Shown here: piece after piece, positions 20,609 through 30,272 of the stretch
How positions within the stretch are numbered: position 1 is the stretch's first letter
How the letters are laid out: every line of letters begins with the position of its first letter
Assembly (NCBI GenBank): GCA_000002435.2
Contig: CM018792.1
Strand: one strand, 5' to 3'
Length of the DNA stretch: 64,000 nt
Source: Giardia intestinalis
Lineage: Eukaryota
Notes under the pieces: generated by a model
What the model saw: only the letters and a program-made list of their open reading frames with translations
The model's database searches: none
What the model was told of the DNA's origin: nothing
Position numbers and translations under genes: made by a program

Positions 20609-21298
20609 TTAGAAGGTTTTGCACCAAGCTAAGTGGCCGAGGAACCTCCCTTCTCTGCGCTTTTTGCTGCCACTACATCGTCTTGCAGAATCCTTAGATG
20701 ATAGGGGAAAGGTCAGAATGTTCCTGTCCAGTGACCAAGGATTAAAAGGCTTTCGATTATGTTTAAACGCTTGTACGAGCCACAATTGACGACAAGAGTC
20801 AGCACCAATGTACTCAGCCAGGCGTCGACGCTTGTGAGATGCACGATAGAGACTCTCCTGAAGAAGCTCCCTATAGGGGGCGTACTCATCCAGGCGCCAA
20901 ACATCGGAGTTCTTGGACATCAGTGCACGCTGTAGGGATAAGAACTTACCCTTGACCTCAGCAGGAGTTCGCCCAGGAAAACATGTCGAGTACATGCTCC
21001 AGTTACGTCCGTGGTCCGCATACCACTTGAGCAGCTGAACGGTCTCATCAATGCTCCACAAGCAGCGTGACGTGCCGCTTTTGCCGGGGTGATTAATGTA
21101 CGTATATCGCTGGTAGCACTGTACTCGGTCTCTAGTGCCTACCCGCTTGGCAACCTCCCGCCAGTTAATCTTGCCAACAGTAGTTGCAGCCCTTTCCATG
21201 GATATAGCATCTACAAGCCTTTTCACTTCATCAGCGCTCCACGGGACTCGATGCCTTTTGTTTGTGCTTGAGATTCTGTAGAAGCTAATGGAGGACAT
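20609..21298 (-). CDS. Myb/SANT-like DNA-binding protein with two repeats
   Basis: The track ORF extends to 21517 on GTG; the first ATG is at 21298. It has two Myb-type repeats: VPWSADEVKRLVDAI...INWREVAKRV...RDRVQCYQRY and CLWSIDETVQLLKWYADHGRNWSMYS...RTPAEVKGKF. Confidence 0.6.
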   Translation of the reverse strand: MSSISFYRISSTNKRHRVPWSADEVKRLVDAISMERAATTVGKINWREVAKRVGTRDRVQCYQRYTYINHPGKSGTSRCLWSIDETVQLLKWYADHGRNWSMYSTCFPGRTPAEVKGKFLSLQRALMSKNSDVWRLDEYAPYRELLQESLYRASHKRRRLAEYIGADSCRQLWLVQAFKHNRKPFNPWSLDRNILTFPLSSKDSARRCSGSKKRREGRFLGHLAWCKTF

Positions 21299-21342
21299 AT
21301 AAGATGTAAGCCAGAACGAAGCTGAGAAGGGGAGAATGACCT

Positions 21343-22215
21343 TTAAGAATGATCCGCCTTTGTACTCTGAATAGGTGTTTGGGTTGTAAGAGATGAAACG
21401 ATGATCTGATTGACTCGCATGTGGGGGTTCACTGCAGCAAGAGCCTTCCTCAAGTAGGCCACAACCTCCTCGCGTTCCATGCACGGATTGCCGGCTAGGC
21501 CCAACTGATGGAGCCACTTGGTCCTGGTGAGAGCAGAAAGATCCCTAATCATTACAAGCCGGTTGTGACCGAGCTCCAACTGGCGAAGCTTTGGAAGGCA
21601 GATCCAGCTATCAGAAATGCTAGATATTTTGTTGTGGGACAGCCGAACCTCTCTGATGCTGGCGGACAGGATCTGGGGGCAAGCAGTTAACTCGCATTCG
21701 GAGAAGTTAACCTTTCGCAATGATGGAAAGTCAGAGAATTTGTCCTTGATGGACTCATTTGTTAGCGGGTTTTTGGACAGAATGAGCGTGTTAAGATTGT
21801 ATGTAATTTTTATCGCCCGCGGTCCTTTGGGGATGCTTTCTAAGAGAGGGGGCACTTCTGTGATGTTATTATCGCTTAGAATAAGGGCCTTGAGCCCTGG
21901 TTTCAGAAGAGAAAACGGGATTTTGGACAGCTTGCAGCCGGAAACATTAAGAACAATGAGCTTATACTGCGAAAACTCCCGTAGTTGCTCCTCATCTATC
22001 TGGCAATCGACGATCTTCAGCATAGTCACTGATGGGAAGATCATGGGGATAAACGTAACATCTTCAATGGAGCAGGTGAGAAACGAGAGATTTGTGACCG
22101 CCTCCCACTTGGTTCTGGTATCGATAGATTTTATCACCAGGTCAGAAAAGCTAGCCTTTGATGATGATGTGCAACTCGCAATCAGTACGTCGTCAAAAGC
22201 CACAGTCTGAGGCAT
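21343..22215 (-). CDS. Leucine-rich repeat protein with an LRRcap-like C-terminus
   Basis: Repeated L..L.L..N.I..I units are present, and ...KWLHQLGLAGNPCMEREEVVAYLRK resembles the U2A'/SDS22-type LRR cap. Confidence 0.65.
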   Translation of the reverse strand: MPQTVAFDDVLIASCTSSSKASFSDLVIKSIDTRTKWEAVTNLSFLTCSIEDVTFIPMIFPSVTMLKIVDCQIDEEQLREFSQYKLIVLNVSGCKLSKIPFSLLKPGLKALILSDNNITEVPPLLESIPKGPRAIKITYNLNTLILSKNPLTNESIKDKFSDFPSLRKVNFSECELTACPQILSASIREVRLSHNKISSISDSWICLPKLRQLELGHNRLVMIRDLSALTRTKWLHQLGLAGNPCMEREEVVAYLRKALAAVNPHMRVNQIIVSSLTTQTPIQSTKADHS

Positions 22216-22310
22216 CTACGAAAAATGAATGCAAAATGCAATTTTCTATTTCTTTTATGGTGACACGGTCTCTAAAAATGTGTCGACAATCTGAACTATA
22301 GAAATTCCGG
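22216..22310. promoter_or_regulatory. AT-rich 95-bp divergent promoter region
   Basis: It lies between the LRR gene ATG (22215, minus) and the ATG at 22311 (plus). The sequence aaaaatgaatgcaaaatgcaattttctatttcttttatgg is AT-rich. Confidence 0.35.
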
Positions 22311-22817
22311 ATGGCTATGGAGCTCCACGTCCCGGTGCCGTTTGATCTCGACGAGGAGGTGGTGTTCTTGGAGCAGGACGGTAACATGCGCCACGTAGCA
22401 GCCCGTCAAATCTTGCTCGGCAAGGAAAATGCCCACACAGAATGGATATGCAAAAACTTCTCCTGTAGATGCCGACTGGTCGACACAACGTCCCAGGCTT
22501 GGCCATCTGCTTCACGCGGAGAGAGTACCTTCAACTCTGACGCCTCTAGGCAGCCGGGTTTCGTTCTAGACCGCGGCACAGAGGCAAACCTCCAAAACGC
22601 GAGGACCGCTGTTAACGCACTTATCGATGCGGCGATGGAACTCATCGATACTCTGCAAGCCACGGAAAATAGGGTTCTTGAGCTCACTAACGATGTCAGC
22701 TTCATTCGCTGGTACGAGGCAGAGCGCGATCCCGAGTCTCAGGAGTCACGTAAAGCGATCGTTGCTCAAATATACGATACCTTAATCGATGAGAAAGAGA
22801 CGCAGGAGGACCCGTAG
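22311..22817 (+). CDS. Hypothetical protein
   Basis: 168 aa with a true ATG. The LRR gene lies divergently, 95 nt away. Confidence 0.4.
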   Translation: MAMELHVPVPFDLDEEVVFLEQDGNMRHVAARQILLGKENAHTEWICKNFSCRCRLVDTTSQAWPSASRGESTFNSDASRQPGFVLDRGTEANLQNARTAVNALIDAAMELIDTLQATENRVLELTNDVSFIRWYEAERDPESQESRKAIVAQIYDTLIDEKETQEDP

Positions 22818-23129
22818 AAGAGACGTGCGGGCTCAGAAGGTAAGTTTTCACCTGCCCACTCTTTGGTGTCTATCTATGCAAGTGAGCGTTGGTTGGGGCT
22901 GATGCGATTTGCCTGGTCACAAATTGCATTGATGCCTCGACCCACCTTTTTCTCTTGGTTCTAGGATTCTCAGAATTTCTCAGGAATTTGTCGTTGCCAC
23001 AAAAAACACAGCCGCGTGGTGGAGCACAAGCCCCTCTGTATGCCTCCTTGTCGTTAGTCTTTTGTCATTAGTCTTTGTACTCTAATTATTACGTACGTGA
23101 TATCCTATCATCTCAAACCAAAAAACAAC

Positions 23130-23633
23130 ATGTCTGAAGAAGTTGCCCCTGGACGCAGCCCCGATGCAAAGGGCTTCGTTCCCTTGCGCGCAATCGCACG
23201 CTTCATTAGAAAGATGTGCACGCGTCCCACGACGAGGCGTGCCACATCCGAACCCGACGTTGACCTCGAAAGCTTTTTGGAGCACATCAACGACCGTGCG
23301 GACCTTCCCAGGCCGTGCTTCACCTATGCCGTTGTGCTTCTGAAGCACCTTGCTGAGAGGTATGCCGGAAAAATCACTCCAAACAATATCATACGTGTCA
23401 CCTTTGCTTCTATTATCGTCGCGGCCGGGATGCTCCAGGACATAACCTACAACCTCGACGCTTGGGCTGACATCGGAAACAACTATTACTCGAAGACCCA
23501 ACTCTGCACCCTGCAAACCCAGTTTCTCCAGAGCCTGGGGTATGAGGTCCACGTCATGATTGACGAGTATGCGCGAATGAATAATGACATTCTCGTGTAT
23601 AATGATGAGATAGAGAGTGTTGAAACAAATTGA
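23130..23633 (+). CDS. PHO80-like (cyclin-U/P type) cyclin
   Basis: The track start at 23097 is GTG; the first ATG is at 23130 in the context aaaaaacaacATG. LESFLEHINDRADLPRPCFTYAVVLLKHLAERY...RVTFASIIVAAGMLQDITYNLDAWADIG..YSKTQLCTLQTQFLQSLGYEVHV fits the PHO80-like cyclin box. Confidence 0.55.
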   Translation: MSEEVAPGRSPDAKGFVPLRAIARFIRKMCTRPTTRRATSEPDVDLESFLEHINDRADLPRPCFTYAVVLLKHLAERYAGKITPNNIIRVTFASIIVAAGMLQDITYNLDAWADIGNNYYSKTQLCTLQTQFLQSLGYEVHVMIDEYARMNNDILVYNDEIESVETN

Positions 23634-23751
23634 CCGTGTCAGGAAGGTATGGCGCTTTCCATGACGATCCTTCTGCGTTTGCCTCGACGCGCGTCGGTAT
23701 TGCAGGCCTGGGCTAATGTCTAGTAAATAAATTATTACCTTGGAGTTTGCC

Positions 23752-26700
23752 ATGTATCGCGCGGGTGAGCACACGCTGATGAAGCTGAATCACGTTATAA
23801 TTCGCTCGATCTCCACGGCGGGAGGGAACTATTGGCCGCACATAGATACAGAGGCCTCCAGGGACATCGTCCCCATCGCCCCCCACTGCCTCATCTCCGT
23901 GCGTACAGTCCTCCAGGGAACCCTTTTAGTGACTAATATGCGTGTTTTCTTATTAACACAAGAGCGCCAGCTGAACTTTGGATTCCCTATTCATCACATA
24001 GCAAAGCTGGAAATGTCTGGCGGTGAAAGCAATGTTGCCCTGACCACGTTCTCTATCCGGTTGGTGACCCCCCACTTGATCATTCTTTCCGCACATTCTA
24101 GTGCAGTCCAATGTGTTGTGGAGCTTCTCAAGCGCATCAATGTCACACCCACTCTGTCTCGCTACTCATCGACCATCACCCAGGCTGTTTCTCGGTTTAC
24201 AGAAGCCACTCCGCACATAGCTGCATCATATGATGGGCTCTACTATCAGGTGCCTATCCCGCACACCATTTACTTCAGCAAGGATCCTGTGCAATCGTTT
24301 ATCTACTCAGCACCACACGAGAAGCTTATGCAGGCGTTTCGCAAGAACCCAGCACTAGAAGCTTTCCTTGGCGAGGCAGACAGCATGATGTTGGATAATG
24401 TGACCCACTTTCCCAGCCTGGGCCACTCTATCTTTGATCCTATTCGAGAGTTCCGCAGAATGGGGGTTCAGATGACCCACCCTACCCCTGCTCAACTTAG
24501 TAAGATGATCTTTGGGGCCAGCATCCATCCGGATCTACTATCGTACTTACTGAAGTTCAAGCCTGTTAGGTCTATGGACTACTTCAACGACGCTGGAATC
24601 CTAATGGGGTCTTGCCGCGGGTCAGTGTGCTGCACGAGATTTAATTCTGGTGTATCTGACTTCTACGAGAAGATGCGTATGACAGCCTTCTATGACCCGT
24701 TCCTACTTTTCGATACACCAGAACAGTTTTATTGCTTGTTGAACTACCATCCACAAGCAACTCAGAGTAATTTCGGTGCTGTCACCTACAGGTCCGGTCA
24801 GGCAGGAGATGATATCATGAACGAAGAAGATGCTGAAGACGATGGGTCTGGAGCTCCACGTCCCCAGCCATCGTCGTTTCTATCAAAGCTTAAGAGCGGT
24901 TTTTCACCAGCCTCCAATACTGGGAGCGCGACTACATCGGCCGTCCCAACTTACAACTTCACGTTGCAAGATAGACAGACAGGAACATATCTGTATGCCC
25001 ATGGATGCTTCTTTGAGCCTACGTTCTTCCGTTGTGAACCTCATATGCGCCACTACATCAAGGCTCTCCTTGCTGTTGTAATACCTCCATATATAGACAG
25101 CACACATGAGCCTCCCATGCGCCCCCAGGAACTAGCACGAGATGGTTGGAACATTTCGTGGACCAATTGTGTTTACGAGAACTCGCCAACATATCCTGCG
25201 GTGTTAGCTGTTCCTGACACGGTCAACGACAGCATTGTCTTGGGGTCCATGAAGTTCAGGTCTAAAGGCCGCTTCTGTGCTCTTTCATGGCGGTCTCCCG
25301 TGACTGGGGCCGCTCTCTGTCGTTGCTCACAGCCTGGCGGTGGGTTTGGCCTGTCTAGAAGCTCAGATGACGAGGCTCTTTTGCGCGCCGTTTGCAACGC
25401 TCCGCCGTCCACCGACACACGGAACCTCCTTTTTGTTTTTGATGCTAGGCCCCATCTGGCTGCATTTGCCAACAGGCTCACTGGCAAGGGCTTCGAATCC
25501 ACGCGCGCATATCCATTCTCTAGAACTATCTATTTGAACATACAGAACATCCACGTGGTTCGTGACAGCTATGAGGCCATGCGCAAGGCTGCACTAGAGT
25601 TTATCCTCACCAGAGAGGCAAACTTCAGGGGCATTCTAGACACATCGGAGGATAAAGTGCAAGGCAATTATGATTATAACATTCAGAATGCGAGAAATCT
25701 ACTCGAAAGTGTGGCCTCCACGAAGTCTGTCATATTCAAGACAGGAAAGGAGTCTAACTGGTATAGCCACATCCAGACCATCATGGCGGGTGCATGCATG
25801 ATCTGTGAGTGCCTCACGAAGCTTCGTTGTCATGCGATGATACACTGCTCCGATGGCTGGGATCGAACGTCTCAACTGAGCTCCCTTGCGATGCTACTTC
25901 TGGATCCTTATTACAGGACCCTTCGAGGGTTTTGCATCCTCATCGAGAAAGAGTGGCGTTCTTTTGGGCACATGTTTGCCACCCGTTGTAAGCAGGAAGG
26001 CAGTACAAAGGCCAGCACTAGGAAGGAGGACAAAAAGGCCAAACCCTTTAATGTACTCGCAGCAGCATACAGTCAGATGCTAGGGCACCACAATGCTTAC
26101 CAGCAGGGGCCGGATGCACCTCTCCAGGGAACTGTGTATGCACCAATTGTGATCAACCCTAGTTACGCTGGTCCTATCGGCCCGGCCCCAGGACCTGCAA
26201 TGAGTCCTACAATAGGCTCTGCGATGTTCTCGGGCCCAGTGCCCTTTAGCTCGAGTGCGCCCCTCCCCGGCGCAGCTATAAGCGGAAGCCAGGGACCACA
26301 GGGTGCAAGCTATACTAATCAAGGCATCAATCTAGGCCAGCCATCGATACCATCTCAGGGACTCTTGAGGACGCATCTGGCTGATGCCTTTGATAGCGTG
26401 GACACATCTCCAATCCCAGAGGTGCCTCTATCTAACTTAGACTTTTCTAGCTCTCAATCGTCTCCCATCTTTTTACAGTGGTTGGAGTGCGTGTATCAAG
26501 TTATGCACCAGCGCGCTGACGAGTTTGAATTCAACGATAAAGTGTTACTATACATAGCACACCACGCATACTCCGGCTGGCATGGAACATTTATTTTTGA
26601 CAACGAACGGGATAGAACCCAGCACCTCCTATCAACCATAACGACCTCTGTATGGGATGAATTTATCACCAATTCAGCTTATTATCTTAACCCGCACTAT

Positions 26701-26829
26701 AAGATACCGGCTCCTTTGAATGTCATGAAGACACGAACGGGGCTGGAATATATGCACATTTCATGTAGTATGCGAAAGATGACTCCGTGGAGCGCCTACT
26801 GGTCACAAGTAGCGGCATTCCACGAATAG
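23752..26829 (+). CDS. Myotubularin-related phosphoinositide 3-phosphatase
   Basis: HCSDGWDRTSQLSSLAMLLLDPYYRTLRGFCILIEKEWRSFGHMF contains the CX5R active site CSDGWDR of the myotubularin family. The track start 23740 is TTG; the ATG is at 23752. A Pro/Gly/Ser low-complexity segment lies near 26160-26300. Confidence 0.8.
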   Translation: MYRAGEHTLMKLNHVIIRSISTAGGNYWPHIDTEASRDIVPIAPHCLISVRTVLQGTLLVTNMRVFLLTQERQLNFGFPIHHIAKLEMSGGESNVALTTFSIRLVTPHLIILSAHSSAVQCVVELLKRINVTPTLSRYSSTITQAVSRFTEATPHIAASYDGLYYQVPIPHTIYFSKDPVQSFIYSAPHEKLMQAFRKNPALEAFLGEADSMMLDNVTHFPSLGHSIFDPIREFRRMGVQMTHPTPAQLSKMIFGASIHPDLLSYLLKFKPVRSMDYFNDAGILMGSCRGSVCCTRFNSGVSDFYEKMRMTAFYDPFLLFDTPEQFYCLLNYHPQATQSNFGAVTYRSGQAGDDIMNEEDAEDDGSGAPRPQPSSFLSKLKSGFSPASNTGSATTSAVPTYNFTLQDRQTGTYLYAHGCFFEPTFFRCEPHMRHYIKALLAVVIPPYIDSTHEPPMRPQELARDGWNISWTNCVYENSPTYPAVLAVPDTVNDSIVLGSMKFRSKGRFCALSWRSPVTGAALCRCSQPGGGFGLSRSSDDEALLRAVCNAPPSTDTRNLLFVFDARPHLAAFANRLTGKGFESTRAYPFSRTIYLNIQNIHVVRDSYEAMRKAALEFILTREANFRGILDTSEDKVQGNYDYNIQNARNLLESVASTKSVIFKTGKESNWYSHIQTIMAGACMICECLTKLRCHAMIHCSDGWDRTSQLSSLAMLLLDPYYRTLRGFCILIEKEWRSFGHMFATRCKQEGSTKASTRKEDKKAKPFNVLAAAYSQMLGHHNAYQQGPDAPLQGTVYAPIVINPSYAGPIGPAPGPAMSPTIGSAMFSGPVPFSSSAPLPGAAISGSQGPQGASYTNQGINLGQPSIPSQGLLRTHLADAFDSVDTSPIPEVPLSNLDFSSSQSSPIFLQWLECVYQVMHQRADEFEFNDKVLLYIAHHAYSGWHGTFIFDNERDRTQHLLSTITTSVWDEFITNSAYYLNPHYKIPAPLNVMKTRTGLEYMHISCSMRKMTPWSAYWSQVAAFHE

Positions 26830-26842
26830 AAAAGCAAGAGCT

Positions 26843-27250
26843 CTACTTCACCGCAAATGAGTGCGGTACGGGAGGAATAACTGCTACACGAGGCTTTACT
26901 GTTGCCAAGTGCTTGTAGACAACTTCAAAAGCGGTAAAATTGAGGGGTACAGCCACGTCGCGATCATACAATGTTACTCCCGTCGCAGTTGTATTTGCAT
27001 AGTCTTGCATCATCTTGTAAACATCTACATAGCTTAACGCATCCGGCAATTTTATGGCTTCAAGGATTTGCACTAGTTCTTCGCGCTTGTGCACCTCAAG
27101 AGTAGCACTTGATGCATTAGGCCCGGTGCTGGAGCATGGAGTGCCACCGAGCACCGCTTCTACGGTGGCAGAGATAGCCCCTATAAAGGCCTGCTCCTCT
27201 AAGCCGCTTGTATGCCTAGAGGACTGCATGTAAGAGTTGGAAGTTTGCAT
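26843..27250 (-). CDS. Small hypothetical protein
   Basis: Position 27301 is GTG. The first ATGs are at 27250 and 27229. It lies divergently from the WD40 gene. Confidence 0.35.
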   Translation of the reverse strand: MQTSNSYMQSSRHTSGLEEQAFIGAISATVEAVLGGTPCSSTGPNASSATLEVHKREELVQILEAIKLPDALSYVDVYKMMQDYANTTATGVTLYDRDVAVPLNFTAFEVVYKHLATVKPRVAVIPPVPHSFAVK

Positions 27251-27257
27251 TTTTTTG

Positions 27258-28238
27258 ATGATTGCTGCTGGTGTCCGGCTGGCGCTCAAACACACGATCA
27301 CGTGTCACAGAGCTCCAGTGACGAGCATGATCTACGACGAGAGTGGCTCAGTGCTCTTCTCTGGCTCTGCTGATGGAACCGTCTCGGTGCACGCAGTGGA
27401 TGCAAATCCTAATCAGGAGCCGAAGTTCCTGCACCGCCTCCACCGAAACCAGGCAAAGGGTATCAATGCCCTGGCATGGTCGGCTAATAGAGTTTTGGCA
27501 GCTGGCGACGATTGCGCTGTTCTATGGGACATAAACGTCCAAAAGCCGATGCTCACGCTTACTGACCATACGCTTCCTGTCACCGACTGTGACATCTACG
27601 AAAACTTTGCGCTAACATCATCTGCTGACCAGACCATCAGCCTTGTGGACATGCGCCAAGGGAAGCCCATTTCGACCATGCGAGCCCACACCGGCGCTGT
27701 TCTTTCGTGTCGTTTACTCACAAAACTGGAGATCTTAGGTCAGGGAGGCGTTGCGGCCCTTAGCGGTGGTGTAGATGGAATGCTCAAACTTTGGAACGCT
27801 GTTCAGGGTAATACACTAGTAACAATCAAGCCGGCCAAACCAATCTCTAGCATAAAAGTTTCGCCCAACGAAAAATATGCTTTGTGCATGCACGTAGGAG
27901 CGGGCGTCGTGCTCCATACTCTTCCCACTGACACACAAGGTCTCGAGCTGCGCAAGGTGAAAGAGTACTCTGTTCATGACAGTACGGACTATCTCTTGCC
28001 AGCAAACTACATGTGGCTGAAGGACAACAAAACACAGATGGTCGTTTGCGGAAGCAGCAAAAATCAAATTGTGATCTATGATATTAAGAGATCGGATCGG
28101 ATGCTAATAGAGCCGATTCCTTTATCGAGCCCGCCCCTTGCAATTGCCTCCTCGTCCAACAGCCAGCTTCTTGGGGTCGGGTGCATGGACGCTAGGATCC
28201 AGCTATTTGATATAATCACGGAATGGCCCAGTGCTTAG
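27258..28238 (+). CDS. WD40-repeat protein
   Basis: Position 27237 is TTG; the first ATG is at 27258. WD-type units are visible, for example SGSADGTVSVH, LTSSADQTISLVD and LSGGVDGMLKLWN. Confidence 0.65.
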   Translation: MIAAGVRLALKHTITCHRAPVTSMIYDESGSVLFSGSADGTVSVHAVDANPNQEPKFLHRLHRNQAKGINALAWSANRVLAAGDDCAVLWDINVQKPMLTLTDHTLPVTDCDIYENFALTSSADQTISLVDMRQGKPISTMRAHTGAVLSCRLLTKLEILGQGGVAALSGGVDGMLKLWNAVQGNTLVTIKPAKPISSIKVSPNEKYALCMHVGAGVVLHTLPTDTQGLELRKVKEYSVHDSTDYLLPANYMWLKDNKTQMVVCGSSKNQIVIYDIKRSDRMLIEPIPLSSPPLAIASSSNSQLLGVGCMDARIQLFDIITEWPSA

Positions 28239-28445
28239 CTTGGCATTGTGGTTCCTTTATGTGAGGGGTGCACTCTTGGAGCTATTTGGACGCCTTGAGA
28301 TACCCGGCTTTCAAGTAGAGTGGGACAGTAAATGACCCAGAGAGTAAAACACCCCGCTCTGGGCAAAGTCTAGGGTAGGATGGTCGACTAGGGTTCCACT
28401 TAGTGATAGCATTCCTGCGCTGCACAGGGGCGCGTCTAACTAAAT

Positions 28446-28766
28446 TTACTCATCGTTATCGTCGTTGTCATCTTCGTCTTGGGATGTCTTGGCAGCAAAA
28501 CGGCTTCCCCCCGCGGCAGGTGGGTTCGGCTTTCCTGCAGTCTCCTTTGTTATGTCCTTGTTGAAGTAAGCACTAGGCTGGGTCTCTCCTCTACCTTGCT
28601 TCAAGATGAACTCTGCAGAGTCATAGAACCTTCCCTTGGACTGGGCAATCCTGCGCAGCGCAGCCGCTCTATTGAAGGGCACCCCGGCCTTCTTGGCCTC
28701 TGCCTCCTTCTTGTCCATCTCGCGCTGCAGCTCGTCAAGGTCCTCCTGACTCGGTCTATCAGTCAT
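28446..28766 (-). CDS. Endosulfine/ARPP-19-like protein
   Basis: 106 aa. LRRIAQSKGRFYDSAEF resembles the ENSA core (..RLQKGQKYFDSGDY..). An acidic Asp/Asn tail follows. Confidence 0.45.
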   Translation of the reverse strand: MTDRPSQEDLDELQREMDKKEAEAKKAGVPFNRAAALRRIAQSKGRFYDSAEFILKQGRGETQPSAYFNKDITKETAGKPNPPAAGGSRFAAKTSQDEDDNDDNDE

Positions 28767-28831
28767 CGTTTTTTACTAGAGAAATTACAGGCTAAAGAGA
28801 GCAGAAAAGGCCGAGGGTACATGCTGTGTCC

Positions 28832-28838
28832 ATTTACT
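28832..28838 (-). promoter_or_regulatory. Giardia-type polyadenylation signal AGTAAAT for RPS26
   Basis: The minus-strand motif AGTAAAT matches the Giardia AGTRAAY consensus, just 3' of the RPS26 stop. Confidence 0.5.
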
Positions 28839-28850
28839 CAACAGAGAGGC

Positions 28851-29180
28851 TCACTTCTTCTGGGAGGAGTTGCGAGGAAAGCGCTTTGGTGGGGTGCGTA
28901 TCTTGCGGTCCTCGCGGGAGCGGACTCGAACGATATGATTGTGGATGGAGCACGACACACAGTACTGGACCTTGTTGTAGAGCTTGGGGATGGCGAACCC
29001 CTGAATCACGCACGCGTTGAGGACATCGTCTGCAATAGTATTGTCCACTATATTGCGAATGGTGAATCTCTTAATTACTTTGTCCTTGGGAACGCAGCGG
29101 TGGCAGTTCTGACAGCGAACGATGTTCGTGTGTCCGCAGTTATATTTTGAGCGTCCGTTGTTGCGTCTTTTAACAGGCAT
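28851..29180 (-). CDS. RPS26: 40S ribosomal protein S26e
   Basis: [48 protein letters not shown]...[33 protein letters not shown] matches S26e. Position 29207 is TTG; the ATG is at 29180. An AGTAAAT poly(A) motif lies 12 nt after the stop. Confidence 0.85.
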   Translation of the reverse strand: MPVKRRNNGRSKYNCGHTNIVRCQNCHRCVPKDKVIKRFTIRNIVDNTIADDVLNACVIQGFAIPKLYNKVQYCVSCSIHNHIVRVRSREDRKIRTPPKRFPRNSSQKK

Positions 29181-29450
29181 GTCGCGAGTCCAAAAAAGAA
29201 AATGCAAGAAGTGGAATTAAAATTATTACGGGCGTTGTTTTTGCTTGCAGAGTGACGCCGAGACAACGCGGAGAAAACGTAGCATCAGAGAAAGGTGGTC
29301 GCTGATGATCTTCCAGTCACGGTCCAGTCATGGTACTGACCACAGATAAAGTGCTGCGCTGCACTTGTTACGACACTAAACTGTGTGGCTCAGGCGGTTC
29401 AAAATCAAACGGTTCAAAATATAATTATCCTCTTTACTACCCGTTGCTAC

Positions 29451-30272
29451 ATGCAGCAAGCTCAACAGAAGCCATTCATCCCAACCATCCCTGCTTATCA
29501 GGCGCTGAAGCTGGATGAAGATCTTATAAACAAGTGCAATTATTCTATAGAGCAGCTGATGGAGATTGCTGGCACAGCCGTTGCTCAGGCGACTACTCAT
29601 TATATAGAGTCAACCTCATCGGTGTCTAAGGCTGGGGTGCTGGTCGTCTGTGGCCCAGGGAACAACGGAGGAGACGGCCTGGTGGCTGCTAGGCATCTCT
29701 CCTCTGGGTCCATGAGCAGTGCCACCGTCCGCGTATGGCTGCCTAAAGAACCAAGTTCCTCCGTGAACAAGCGGATGCTGTCTATTGCCAAGCATGCAGG
29801 AGTTGTTTTCATTAAAGACACCAATGAGGAGGCGTTGCACGCAATCTTGGAATTTATCAACTCGTGTGAAAGTTTTTACTTAGTAGATGCCATATTCGGC
29901 TTTTCTTTCCACGGAGGACCCATCAAGCCCCCGTACGACACAGTGATAAACACACTTCTGCAGATGCAGACGTCAATGGCCATCGGCCCCAAGACAAGGA
30001 TCGTCTCTGTTGATGTTCCATCTGGCTGGTCCGTGGATGCACAGGAATGGGGGCTGAATACTGACAAGGAACTAATACCAGACGGCCTGCTTCGTCCTGA
30101 CGCACTTATATCCCTTACGGTGCCAAAGAACTGTTCGCTGTGGCTACCTCCCGGTACAGCCCACTACCTGGGAGGCAACTTCCTGACTCCATTGCTTGCC
30201 ATGGAGTATGACGTGCAAGAGATCCAACACTATTGGAGCGGGGTGTCGTCTCTCTTTGTAGTCCTGTCCTGA
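29451..30272 (+). CDS. YjeF_N-domain protein, a NAD(P)H-hydrate epimerase (NAXE/AIBP-like)
   Basis: VLVVCGPGNNGGDGLVAARHL is the YjeF_N signature. Position 29385 is GTG; the first ATG is at 29451. Confidence 0.7.
   Translation: MQQAQQKPFIPTIPAYQALKLDEDLINKCNYSIEQLMEIAGTAVAQATTHYIESTSSVSKAGVLVVCGPGNNGGDGLVAARHLSSGSMSSATVRVWLPKEPSSSVNKRMLSIAKHAGVVFIKDTNEEALHAILEFINSCESFYLVDAIFGFSFHGGPIKPPYDTVINTLLQMQTSMAIGPKTRIVSVDVPSGWSVDAQEWGLNTDKELIPDGLLRPDALISLTVPKNCSLWLPPGTAHYLGGNFLTPLLAMEYDVQEIQHYWSGVSSLFVVLS

Noticed and set aside
23082-23774. A 230-aa minus-strand ORF overlapping the cyclin gene
   Set aside because: It is antisense to a plus-strand ORF with a clear PHO80-like cyclin box and a good A-rich start context. 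The minus translation has no features.
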